Shown here: positions 40,785 through 64,000 of the stretch, in pieces
How the letters are laid out: each line of letters starts with the position of its first letter
Position numbering within the stretch: the stretch's first letter is position 1
From: Macrostomum lignano
Taxonomy: Eukaryota
Direction: 5' to 3'
Length of the DNA stretch: 64,000 bases
NCBI GenBank assembly: GCA_002269645.1
Contig: NIVC01002210.1
Span: forward strand, 62,001 to 126,000
Notes under the pieces: model-generated
Seen by the model: the letters and a program-made list of their open reading frames with translations, nothing else
Told to the model about the DNA's origin: nothing
Database searches by the model: none
Program-made: the position numbers and the translations under genes

Positions 40785-43518
40785 ATGGGCAATTGCATTG
40801 GGGTTCGCGACGAACTGCAACTGCTGCAGAGACGCCGGCAGCGGAAGAAGGCACGCTGCAGCTATCGCGAGCGAATGACCATCCCGGACGAGGTGCTAGC
40901 CGCGAGATTTCGGCACGCCATCGTGCCCGGCAGTAGGCAGAATCACCACCACCATCATCCTCATCACCAGCACCGCCACAGCCATCATCATCCGCGATCA
41001 CTGTGCTTTCACAACGGACGCGAGAACAATCACGCTGTGCTGTTTCAGCTTGACAGCTTCGATCTTGACGATGGTGAGTTCGGTACTCAGGCCAACATTG
41101 CAGCGATGCCACAGACGCACGATGGACTCTGGCAGCTCATCGACAGCCTGCCGGAGACTTTCGTCGATCAGCAACGACAGTCAGATGCAGAAATGATTGC
41201 TTCAACTAATCCTTCGACTGCGGCGGCAAAAAAACAGCCACTAGCAGCAGCAGCAGCAGCAGCCAAAAAAGCAGCAACAAAAACACGCAAAGCCTCGCCT
41301 CTAATGAAACCTGCGGTGCCTTCGGCAGGCGGAGAGACGCCACATCTGCCTCAGGGGAAGAATCAGGCTGAGCTGAACGCTCTGTTGCAACTAGGCAGCC
41401 TGAAGGTTTGCCGCTTTGTCAACAACGTGTTAGCTAAATGTAGCAATGGTTCCTTGCTTCATCTTTTGTTATAAACAGAACATGAAATCGCATTCTGTGG
41501 GTTTGTGCGCGATTCTAAGAGTGGTTTATGGGCGATTCTAAGAATGGTTTATGGGCGATTCTAAGAGTGGTTTATGGGCGATTCTAAGAATGGTTTATGG
41601 GCGATACTAAGAGTGGTTTATGGCCGATTCTAAGAGTGGTTTATGGGCGATTCTAAGAGTGGTTTATGGGCGATTCTAAGAGTGGTTTATGGGCGATTCT
41701 AAGAGTGGTTTATGGCCGATTCTAAGAGTGGTTTATTGGCGATTCTAAGAGTGGTTTATGGCCGATTCTAAGAGTGGTTTATTGGCGATTCTAAGAATGG
41801 TTTATGGGCGATACTAAGAGTGGTTTATTGGCGATTCTAAGAATGGTTTATGGGCGATACTAAGAGTGGTTTATGGGCGATTCTAAGAGTGGTTTATGGC
41901 CGATTCTAAGAGTGGTTTATTGGCGATTCTAAGAGTGGTTTATGGCCGATTCTAAGAGTGGTTTATTGGCGATTCTAAGAATGGTTTATGGCCGATTCTA
42001 AGAGTGGTTTATTGGCGATTCTAAGAATGGTTTATGGCCGATTCTAAGAGTGGTTTATGGGCGATTCTAAGAGTGGTTCCTGAGCATATCATATCATAAT
42101 CAAATAATGATCACATTATCAACAGGTGGACTTCAAAAACATCGGCGGCATGGAGCGGCTGATGGACGCCGGCTACACTGACGAGATGCTGGCCGCCCAG
42201 GCGTTACGCGACGCCCGACTCAAAGAGGAGGCCGAGGAGGCCGCGAGGCGAGCCGAGCTGGTTGCTAGGGATACGACAAACGCGGCCGCAGCCACAGACG
42301 CCGCGGCCGCAGCTGCCGCCGCCTCCATCGCGGCCGCCACAGCTGCAGCCTCCGGGGCGGACATTGCAGACGAAACGGCGGCAATCTCGGAGCAGCCAAC
42401 GGCGGAGGCTGTTGAAAGTGCCGACAATCTCCTGGCTCTGGAAGCAAACGATGAAGCTAATGGCCCAGCTGCTGAAGCTGAGTGAGTCTGGAAGCTCTTG
42501 ATTGTACAGAGGGTTGCTTTTAACTTTTCCTATGTCCTTTGTAAGCGAATATTTAGAAATTTTCCATCTAAGGTTCTAGATATATTTACTGTATGCTACT
42601 ACTTATAACTATTTTACTAGTCTCAAGGCGAGTTGTTATGAATCGAAAGCTCACGGGGGAATCGCTGAGCTAGCTTTAGAAATTTTTTATTCCTTTCTTT
42701 TTTGCCTCGTCCACGGGGCGATGAAACTACTACCAAGTGCGTTTCTAATTTGTTAGTGCCATTTTCGCTCCTAACATCCCATACGGCTCCCCTGACATCC
42801 CATACGGCTCCCCTGACATCCCATACGGCTCCCCTGACATCCCATACGGCTCCCCTGACATCCCATACGGCTCCCCTGACATCCCATACGGCTCCCCTGA
42901 CATCCCATACGGCTCCCCTGACATCCCATACGGCTCCCCTGACATCCCACACGGCTCCCCTGACATCCCACACGGCTCCCCTGACATCCCACACGGCACC
43001 CTGTTATTGTACTCTTCCAACTCTGCCAATCCGATGGAACCCGCAGCCAAGCGGCGGCAGAAACCGATCAGGCCCAGCAACAGCAGCTGGAGCTGGAGCA
43101 GCTGCATCAGCAACAACAGCAGTTAGAATTGGAGCGTCTGCTTCTAGAAGAAGAACGAGACCAGCAATTGCAGTTGGACGCTGATGCAGCGGCGGCTGCT
43201 GAAGAGGCTGGCATCGGTGAGGCAGCCGAGTTTCAAGAGGATTTCGAATCTGAAGAAGAAGCAGAAGACTTGGAAGGCGATGAAGAAGACATTGAAGAAG
43301 ACATTGAAGAAGACGGCGAGGATGTCGAAGAAGAAGAAGAAGAAGAAGAAGAAGAAGAAGAAGAAGAAGAAGAAGAAGAAGCAGAAGAAGAAGCCGAAGA
43401 AGATGCTGAAGATGAAGCGGAAGAAGCAGAACCGGAAGCCGAAGCTAAAGAAGAGCCAGAAGAAGAGCCGGTCGAAGACGACAGAGATGATGGAGGTTAT
43501 GATGGAGACGGTGATTGA
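40785..43518 (+). CDS. 3-exon protein of unknown function: MGNC N-terminus, His-rich tract, Ala-rich linker, poly-Glu acidic tail
   Basis: Exons 40785-41405, 42126-42481 and 43047-43518, GT-AG with phases 0 and 2 matching. GCCATGG start context. Confidence 0.75.
41505..42078. repeat. 23-bp minisatellite (GGGCGATTCTAAGAGTGGTTTAT), intronic
   Basis: Direct reading. Confidence 0.95.
42772..42995. repeat. 21-bp minisatellite (ACATCCCATACGGCTCCCCTG), intronic
   Basis: Direct reading. Confidence 0.95.
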
Positions 43519-43864
43519 TAGCTCGCGAATGCTCATGCAGGCTTCATCAGTAAAGCCTGAGACCCTTCCAGAAGGCAATCCTGAATATGGTTGCCGAATT
43601 GTGTGCCTTCTTTTCTACTGAGCACTTCTGCTGCTGTTTATTTCATTTCTATCGCTTTCGAAATTCACCAGCTGGCCACATGGTTTTGAAATAAAGAAGT
43701 CATCCATATACTGATAAGTGTAATTGTACATTTGACGCATTTCCTGGTGCAAAAATGTTGCAAAAATGATAATTTCTTTCGCTTCACGTGTACTTTTCTC
43801 GTATTCTCTGTTAAATACATTCATACCAAACGCCAACTCACTGCCATTTCCCACCCTTCCTGTG

Positions 43865-44745
43865 GATGAGCGCTCACCCCACTCCAGATTTTGGGGCTCT
43901 CACCGTGCATGGGCACCAGCCCCACTCCGGATTTCGGGGCTCTCACTGTGCATGGGGACCAACCCCACTCCTGATTTGGGGCTCTCACTGTGCATGGGCA
44001 CCAACCCCACTCCGGAATTTGAGGCTCTCACTGTACATGGGCACCATCCCCACTCCGGAATTTGAGGCTCTCACTGTGCATGGGCACCATCCCCACTCCG
44101 GATTTTGGGGCTTTCACTGTGCATGGGCACCAACCCCACTCCGGAATTTGAGGCTCTCACTGTGCATGGGCACCATCCCCACTCCGGATTTTGGGGCTCT
44201 CACTGTGCATGGGCACCATCCCCACTCCGGATTTTGGGGCTCTCACTGTGCATGGGCACCATCCCCACTCCGGATTTTGGGGCTCTCACTGTGCATGGGC
44301 ACCATCCCCACTCCGGATTTTAGGGCTTTCACTGTGCATGGGCACCATCCCCACTCCGGATTTTGGGGCTCTCACTGTGCATGGGCACCAACCCCACTCC
44401 TCATTTTGGGACTCTCACTATACATGGGCACCATCCCCACTTCGGATTTTGGGGCTCTCACTGTGCATGGGCACCATCCCCACTCCGGATTTTGGGGCTC
44501 TCACTGTGCATGGGCACCATCCCCACTCCGGATTTTAGGGCTTTCACTGTGCATGGGCACCATCCCCACTCCGGATTTTGGGGCTCTCACTGTGCATGGG
44601 CACCAACCCCACTCCTCATTTTGGGACTCTCACTATACATGGGCACCAACCCCACTCCGGAATTTGAGGCTCTCACTGTGCATGGGCACCATCCCCACTT
44701 CGGATTTTAGGGCTCTCACTGTGCATGGGCACCAGACCCTCTCCG
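43865..44745. repeat. 43-bp minisatellite (CCCCACTCCGGATTTTGGGGCTCTCACTGTGCATGGGCACCAT), intergenic
   Basis: About 20 copies by direct reading. Confidence 0.95.
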
Positions 44746-45116
44746 GACTTAAATGCCCTCATGCACAAGCTGACACAGCTAGCTAAAACAGCATGTAAAA
44801 AAGACTGAAATCCTTTAAACGGATAATATACTCGTACATACAGATAAGCCGAGTGCCTCTAACTATAAAAAATTATCGCACGAAAGTTAACTATATTTTA
44901 AGCGAATATAAAAATAGCTTAGGAAAATATTTTTTTTCTTTAACTTTAGGACAATAAAACGCCAACTTACTAACTAGTGCGAATGGGCCTTTTATAGAAT
45001 TTGTTAAAATTATTCAGGAAGTGTTGAGCAACATCTAGCTTACTGTAAATTAGACAGATACAACAGCAGCACAGAAGCGAGGAGTAAAATGAGTTTCAAC
45101 TTTCTCTCAGGTGCTC

Positions 45117-48100
45117 TCAGGTGCGATACAGCACGCCAGAAATATTCTCCGGAAACGATTCGATGGGCACTCCGGGCATGCCGGGCTCCTCCTGCCTGGC
45201 CATCGTCATGATGCCCGTCCGGTTCTCCAGCACGTTTGCTGACGACTTTCTCAGCGGCTTCGGCACGAAGTCGTCCTTGTAGACGGACTGGCCAACAAAC
45301 GGGGCGCCGGATGCGAACGCCACCGTCTGCGGCTTGAACATCGGCGCGGGTTGGGCGCCAGCGAACGGCACAAACACCTTGCTGTAGGAGGTGTCGCCAG
45401 ACATTTTCTCGGTTGGCGGCTTGTAGCCGGGCGGAATCAAGCGACGGGCGGCCACCTGGGAGTGGGGATCGGACAATGTTGGGGATGAAAATAAAATACC
45501 GATGACTGATTGGTTGAAGGTTTGGGTGAAGATAACAACAACCCGATCGTTGATTGGTTGCAGGTTTGGGGTGGAGATAACAATCGGATCGCTGATTGGC
45601 TGATGACTTGGTAGAGATAACAAAAACCTGATCACTGATTGGCTGAGGGCTTGGGTTTGGAAATAACAGCCTGATCACTGATTGATTATGATTGTGATAC
45701 TCCATATCCTCATCATGATTATGAGGGATTATAATGAAAATACGGATTTTTTAGTACGTATTGATGCACATTATACCGGATGCAACTCATTCACCAAGTG
45801 TTGACGCTCCAGATTTAAACTTTTAACTTTGGCCCTGTGACGATGTTCTAATTTTCAAGAACTTGTTCTACAAAGTGAGATGTACGTTTTTATAGTTTAA
45901 CGCTTCATCAAACGAGTGGGACAAGGAATTTTTTATTTTAAAATCACCCTAAAAGCATCGATCGATCATCAGACCAACCTGTGGGTCGAGAAAATTGCCG
46001 CCGTAGTCTGTGGTGCCGTCCAGGCAGCGCAGTTTCGGATCGGCGGACTGGTACTGCTGAGGCCGGGCCGCCTGCGACTGCTGCAGCTTCGCCACCGTCT
46101 CCGACATGCTGGGGTTGGTCTCGTGCCTTGGATAGTCCAGCTTGTACACACTGCTGGCCTGGAACGGCTCCTGGGACAGGCTGGCGTCAGTCTTCGGCTT
46201 GTAGTTCTCGGTGACGCCTGAGGGCGGAGTTGAGGACCCTGGATATTGATTATGGAGATAGGGACCCTCGAAATTAATTAAGGGAGTTAAGGACCCTGAA
46301 TATTGAGTATGGAGATAGGGACCCTCGATATTGATTATGGAGATAGGGACCCTGGATATTAATTATGGAGATGGGGACCCTCGATATTGATTAGGGAGTT
46401 GGGGACCCTGGATATTGATTATGGAGATAGGGACCCTCGATATTGATTAGGGAGTTAGGGACCCTCGATATTGATTAGGAAGATGGGGACCCTCGATATT
46501 GATTAGGGAGTTGGGGACCCTGGATATTGATTATGGAGATGGGGACCCTTGATATTGATTATGGAGATGGAGACCCTCGATATTGATTATTGATTAAAGA
46601 GTTCGGGACCCTGAATATTGATTATGGAGATGGGGACCCTTGATATTGATTATGGAGTTGGAGACCCTGGGATATTGATTGCCAAGTGTCTGTACATGTA
46701 CAATGTCTTAGGTATGTACCAAGGGTCAGTCAGCAAGGGTCAGTCAGCAACAGTCAGTTAACAAGGGTCAGTCAGCAAGGGTCAGTCAGCAACAGTCAGT
46801 TAACAAGGGTCAGTCAGCAACAGTCAGTTAACAAGGGTCAGTCAGCAAGGGTCAGATACCAAGGGTCAGATACCAAGGGTCAGTCAGCAAGGGTCAGTCA
46901 GCAAGGGTCAGTCAGCAAGGGTCAGTCAGCAAGGGTCAGTCAGCAAGGGTCAGTCAGCAAGGGTCAGTCAGCAAGGGTCAGTCAGCAAGGGTCAGTCAGC
47001 AAGGGTCAGTCAGCAAGGGTCAGTCAGCAAGGGTCAGTCAGCAAGGGTCAGTCAGCAAGGGTCAGTCAGCAAGGGTCAGTCAGCAAGGGTCAGTCAGCAA
47101 GGGTCAGTCAGCAAGGGTCAGTCAGCAAGGGTCAGTCAGCAAGGGTCAGTCAGCAAGGGTAAGATACCAAGGGTCAGTCAGCAAGGGTCAGATACCAAGG
47201 GTAAGATACCAAGGGTCAGTCAGCAAGGGTCAGTCAGCAAGGGTCAGATACCAAGGGTCAGTCAGCAAGGGTCAGTCAGCAAGGGTCAGTCAGCAACAGT
47301 CAGTTAACAAGGGTCAGTCAGCAAGGGTCAGTCAGCAAGGGTCAGTCAGCAAGGGTCAGTCAGCAAGGGTCAGTCAGCAAGGGTCAGTCAGCAACAGTCA
47401 GTTAACAAGGGTCAGTCAGCAACAGTCAGTTAACAAGGGTCAGTCAGCAAGGGTCAGATACCAAGGGTCAGATACCAAGGGTCAGTCAGCAAGGGTCAGT
47501 CAGCAAGGGTCAGTCAGCAAGGGTCAGTCAGCAAGGGTCAGTCAGCAAGGGTCAGTCAGCAAGGGTCAGTCAGCAAGGGTCAGTCAGCAAGGGTCAGTCA
47601 GCAAGGGTCAGTCAGCAAGGGTCAGTCAGCAAGGGTCAGTCAGCAAGGGTCAGTCAGCAAGGGTCAGTCAGCAAGGGTAAGTCAGCAAGGGTCAGATACC
47701 AAGGGTCAGATACCAAGGGTCAGTCAGCAAGGGTCAGTCAGCAAGGGTCAGTCAGCAAGGGTCAGTCAGCAAGGGTCAGTCAGCAAGGGTCAGATACCAA
47801 GGGTCAGTCAGCAAGGGTCAGTCAGCAAGGGTCAGTCAGCAAGGGTCAGTCAGCAAGGGTCAGTCAGCAACAGTCAGTTAACAAGGGTCAGTCAGCAAGG
47901 GTCAGATACCAAGGGTCAGATACCAAGGGTCAAATACCAAGGGTCAGTCAGCAAGGGTCAGTCAGCAACAGTCAGTTAACAAGGGTCAGTCAGCAAGGGT
48001 CAGTCAGCAAGGGTCAGTCAGCAAGGGTCAGTCAGCAAGGGTAAGATACCAAGGGTCAGTCAGCAAGGGTCAGATACCAAGGGTCAGATACCAAGGGTCA

Positions 48101-49484
48101 AATACCAAGGGTCAGTCAGCAAGGGTCAGTCAGCAACAGTCAGTTAACAAGGGTCAGTCAGCAAGGGTCAGTCAGCAAGGGTCAGTCAGCAAGGGTCAGT
48201 CAGCAAGGGTCAGTCAGCAAGGGTCAGTCAGCAAGGGTCAGTCAGCAAGGGTCAGATACCAAGGGTCAGATACCAAGGGTCAAATACCAAGGGTCAGTCA
48301 GCAAGGGTCAGTCAGCAAGGGTCAGTCAGCAAGGGTCAGTCAGCAAGGGTCAGTCAGCAAGGGTCAGTCAGCAAGGGTAAGTCAGCAAGGGTCAGATACC
48401 AAGGGTCAGATACCAAGGGTCAGTCAGCAAGGGTCAGTCAGCAAGGGTCAGTCAGCAAGGGTCAGTCAGCAAGGGTCAGTCAGCAAGGGTCAGTCAGCAA
48501 GGGTCAGATACCAAGGGTCAGTCAGCAAGGGTCAGTCAGCAAGGGTCAGTCAGCAAGGGTCAGTCAGCAAGGGTCAGTCAGCAAGGGTCAGTCAGCAAGG
48601 GTCAGTCAGCAAGGGTCAGTCAGCAAGGGTCAGATACCAAGGGTCAGTTAGCAAGGGTCAGTCAGCAAGGGTCAGTCAGCAAGGGTAAGATACCAAGGGT
48701 CAGTCAGCAAGGGTCAGATACCAAGGGTCAGATACCAAGGGTCAAATACCAAGGGTCAGTCAGCAAGGGTCAGTCAGCAACAGTCAGTTAACAAGGGTCA
48801 GTCAGCAAGGGTCAGTCAGCAAGGGTCAGTCAGCAAGGGTCAGTCAGCAAGGGTCAGTCAGCAAGGGTCAGTCAGCAAGGGTCAGTCAGCAAGGGTCAGT
48901 CAGCAAGGGTCAGTCAGCAAGGGTCAGTCAGCAAGGGTCAGTCAGCAAGGGTCAGTCAGCAAGGGTCAGTCAGCAAGGGTCAGTCAGCAAGGGTCAGTCA
49001 GCAAGGGTCAGTCAGCAAGGGTCAGTCAGCAAGGGTCAGTCAGCAAGGGTCAGTCAGCAAGGGTCAGTCAGCAAGGGTCAGTCAGCAAGGGTCAGTCAGC
49101 AAGGGTCAGGAGCCACACAGGGGTCAGGGTCAGGCAGTCACCTCTCTCCTTGGCCACAAACTCCTGGCTGTAGATGCTGCTGTTATTGAAGGCCTCGGTG
49201 GACAGGGCCAGCTGACCTCGCCGAACTCGAACCCGCCGCCTGGGCTGCTGATCGCCCTGGAAGGCGGCCCGCTGCTCGGAGGTGGCGGCGAACGGCAGGT
49301 TGCTGACGTAGGCGCTGATCTTCGGGCGCAGGTCGGGCATCTTCGGCAGGCTGTGCCGCACAAAGTCCTGCCTGAATATCGAGCTCATCTGCGGCTGAAA
49401 TTCCGTCAGCTGATCGGCGCCCTCCGGCAGCCACACGGGTCGAACCTGCGACCTACTGATGGTAGGCAGTTTAACGGACTGCAT
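45117..49484 (-). CDS. SAXO/FAM154/STOP-like microtubule-stabilising protein, 3 exons
   Basis: Exons 49484-49142, 46217-45979 and 45455-45117, phases 1 and 0 matching. Seven Mn-like motifs: SSIFRQDF, TSEQRAAF, SSIYSQEF, SSVYKLDY, TTDYGGNF, DTSYSKVF, QSVYKDDF. Confidence 0.8.
46232..46680. repeat. 27/28-bp minisatellite (GGGACCCTCGATATTGATTATGGAGATA)
   Basis: Direct reading. Confidence 0.9.
46721..49110. repeat. 14-bp satellite (GTCAGCAAGGGTCA) with GATACCAAGG and AACAGTCAGTTAAC variants, about 2.4 kb, intronic
   Basis: Direct reading. Confidence 0.98.
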
Positions 49485-49640
49485 GCCTGACTGACTGGTT
49501 TTCCGAAACAAATTTATTCAAATATTTTTATCAAAGCTGACAGATTTTCCGAAACAAATATGTTTTTTCAAAAGCTTCTGTAGTGGAGGGCGAGGATTGA
49601 GAAAGAGATACAGAGAAAGAGAGAGATGGGGAGGCGGTTG

Positions 49641-49655
49641 GTTGCTAGGGGCTAC
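49641..49655. promoter_or_regulatory. Candidate RFX X-box upstream of the SAXO-like gene
   Basis: GTTGCTAGGGGCTAC about 160 bp upstream of the ATG; imperfect match to GTNRCC-N(0-3)-RGYAAC. Confidence 0.4.
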
Positions 49656-50029
49656 CCGACTCTAGTGTGCTCACCCCACCATGCAGAGTGGACAGGCCGG
49701 AGTGAGGAGGGGGGCACAGACGAGGGGAAGGCTCTAAAGAAGACGATTTTCTTGGCGCCCAAAGTTGCAGATTTTGAGCGCGCAGATGCACAATGGCACT
49801 AGCGGTCTGGCTAGAGAGTTGGTTAGAGAGCCGGCTGACTGAGCCTGAAGCCGGTGAGCACAATAGCGGTGTTGGGTAGAGCAAACAGACTTGAACTGAG
49901 CATCAAGCGCACTCTCAGCGTATGCGAGACTTTGGGATGAAGCTTAGGATGGATGAACTCGCTTTTTTTAGTTACTGTTAGTAGTGCTCTGCGAATTAGA
50001 TTCGCAGACTAGTGACCTAAATTAGAAAA

Positions 50030-50200
50030 GCAGTAGTCGCTTTAGACAGCTTCTGACACCTGACCTAAATTATGGAAGCAGTCACTTTAGACACCTGACA
50101 CCTGACCTAAATTATGGAAGCAGTCGCCTTAGACACCTGACACCTGACCTAAATTAGTGAAGCATAAAATTTAGACACTTTCTGACACCTGACTTAAATT
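50030..50200. repeat. Short degenerate repeat (GACACCTGACCTAAATT...), about 4 copies
   Basis: Direct reading. Confidence 0.75.
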
Positions 50201-51747
50201 TGGAAAAAATCTCACCATACATCCGATCACAATCAGAGAATTTTTGTACTTTAAAAAGTTTATTAAAAATAGAAAAAAAACTACAGCAAATCTACTTCAA
50301 GTAGTCTAATTGGAGTAGCAGTTGTTTCAGTTTAGAGTGGGAAATATGGGAATTTACTTAATGATATCTCGTGATATTCTCGACTGGCAGATAAGGTCAT
50401 TTAATAGAGATAGATTAGACACTATCTGCCAGGTGAGTCAGTGTTTTCCGATGCTGCTCATGCGGCAATTGGCTAAATGACTAACCATCAATTCAATAGA
50501 ATTTTGATTAAATGCAATTTCTAGGAAGGAGCACACATTTTTTCACGCTATTGAATTGGGGAATTTATTTGGCAATCGTAAGGGTGCACGCAAAGCACAT
50601 GGGAATAAAGCTATTTTTAGCCTCAGGCACTAATGAGCTGCATAAAAAAATTAAAATTTAAATAAATGTGACACAAAAATCAGGTTCCGGTTTATAATTT
50701 CAGCTGTTCCTGTTTCTGCAGTGTGTGCGTTCTCGACCAGATTCGCCTTTGGCAAAACCCCCCATTTAGCGCTCTGTAGAAAAAAAGAAAATCTTTCACT
50801 GACTGTGTCGCTTCTGTCAATGCGTGCATATGACACTAATCTTGTCCAGACTCGATTCTGGACCCTGGACAACCAGCCAGCCAGTCTGTCTGCAAGAAAA
50901 AAGTACATTACAGAGAAGATAGTTGAAGAGAGGAGAATTTTCCGGAAGATTTTATTTCAGAAAAAATAGAAGACCATAGATCCGTCTGGCGTGTATCTTT
51001 TTCTAGTTGCAGATTCTGGGCTCAGTGATTCAGCCCGATGTTGGTCATCTGCTCACCTGGCCTACACACCCGTTAGCAAAGCTTAGAACTTAAGTCTGAG
51101 TCCTTGTGGCTGTCTGTTTTTTCTCCTACTTACACACACTCTCTCTCTCAGTCTTAACGATCGCCAGGTTTCTGCTTTCGGGAGGCGGGAGGGCGGGAGG
51201 CCTTCGGAGGCTCCACTTGGAGCAGTTCAGATGGGGAGAACTGGATGCTGAGTGGACCGGCAGACTGCAGAGAGCTGAGCTGAGTGGGGGGAGGGGAGAA
51301 GAGACGGATTGGGAGCCAGGGTTGCAGGGAGAAAAGCTTTCGGTCCGTTAATGCTTGCTGGGGAAAGCAATGGGAGAGAGGGGATGGGAGTTGGGAGAGG
51401 GGATTAAGCTTAGTCAGGCTGAAACCACAGAAAGCTTTTGCTCCCATTGGCTGCCTAGGGTGCAGCTTGAATCGAGCGAGTCTGCCAAAAAAAGCGCATT
51501 TTGAACTCAAAATCCATCCGTACCTGAGGCAGCTATTTGCGGCAGATTCTTCCGTTCTTCTGTCAACAGGGAAAACTTTGTGTTTTTCTTGGTTGCTAAC
51601 GAATTCCTCTCATTGTCAGGCTGGGCCTCTGCAAACAGCCTTCGTGAGCACTCGGATTTCGGATCAGAACTTTTTGAACAAAACCCCAACACAGCAGGCC
51701 TTTTTCGCTGCTTTCGCAAACAGTCTCTTCTGAAAGCAGAATCTGCG

Positions 51748-63287
<11,540 letters not shown>

Positions 63288-63459
63288 GTGGGGCTATGAG
63301 CTGTGATGGAGATCGCTGGGAACCCTTATTGCTCATAGACTTATAGATAAATTGGTTATTGCGTTATAAACATTCCCTCATTGGTCATGGATCATAGCGA
63401 CCCTCTCATTGCTCATATGTCATAATTATTGCAATAGTTAATACTATATTGGTCATGCA

Positions 63460-63925
63460 TTACTGATCGCTCACAGCATGACTGAAGACAACATTGGTCA
63501 TGCATCACTCATCGCTCATAGAATGATTATAGACAATATTGGTCATGCATCACTCATCGATCATAGAATGATTCAAGACAACATTGGTCATGCATCACTC
63601 ATCGCTCATAGAATGACTAAAGACAATATTGGTCATGCATCACTCATCGCTCACAGCATGACTGAAGACAACATTGGTCATGCATCACTCATCGATCATA
63701 GAATGACTGAAGACAACATTGCTCATGCATCACTCATCGATCACAGCATGACTGAAGACAACATTGGTCATGCATCACTCATCGATCACAGCATGACTGA
63801 AGACAACATTGGTCATGCATCACTCATCGATCACAGCATGACTGAAGACAACATTGGTCATGCATCACTCATCGCTCACAGCATGACTGAAGACAACATT
63901 GGTCATGCATCAGCATCGATCAATC
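63460..63925. repeat. 45-bp minisatellite (ATGACTGAAGACAACATTGGTCATGCATCACTCATCGATCACAGC), intronic
   Basis: Direct reading; explains ORF 63478-63969. Confidence 0.93.
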
Positions 63926-64000
63926 TTACAATCTTACATCACAGGTATATTTCACTGAAATCTTGTTAAGCATCAGCAAGGTGCAGTTTTTGGCAACCGA

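Noticed and set aside
43866-44786. His/Pro-rich ORFs, and a CRISPR-like look of regular repeats
   Set aside because: A 43-bp head-to-tail array with no unique spacers, in a eukaryotic context; no array in the window has spacers.
63478-63969. ORF of 15-aa repeats (MTEDNIGHASLIDHS)
   Set aside because: A 45-bp minisatellite downstream of an iGluR splice donor; no evidence of coding function.

Overview
Eukaryotic (metazoan) genomic DNA with GC-rich coding exons and introns filled by private tandem repeats. The style suggests a flatworm such as Macrostomum, which is inference only. Genes reconstructed by hand from splice sites and reading phase: the 3' end of a PARP-like gene (+), a 4-exon twin DUF1330-like gene (+), an unidentified Q/P-rich gene (-), SLC30A9/ZnT9 (-), EIF2B2 (-), an N-myristoylation-motif acidic protein (+), a SAXO/STOP-like microtubule protein (-), and an IR25a-like ionotropic glutamate receptor (+, runs off the window). 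A gene-free island at about 23.3-40.7 kb holds a dead mariner, a non-autonomous TIR element with a 6-bp TSD, a near-intact LOA/R1-type LINE, and a decayed RTE-like LINE interrupted by a Mutator-like foldback. The strongest hidden signal is a complete HDV-like ribozyme fold in the 5' UTR of the LOA-type LINE, including a compensatory P1.1 change. Most long ORFs in the supplied track are artefacts of tandem repeats.
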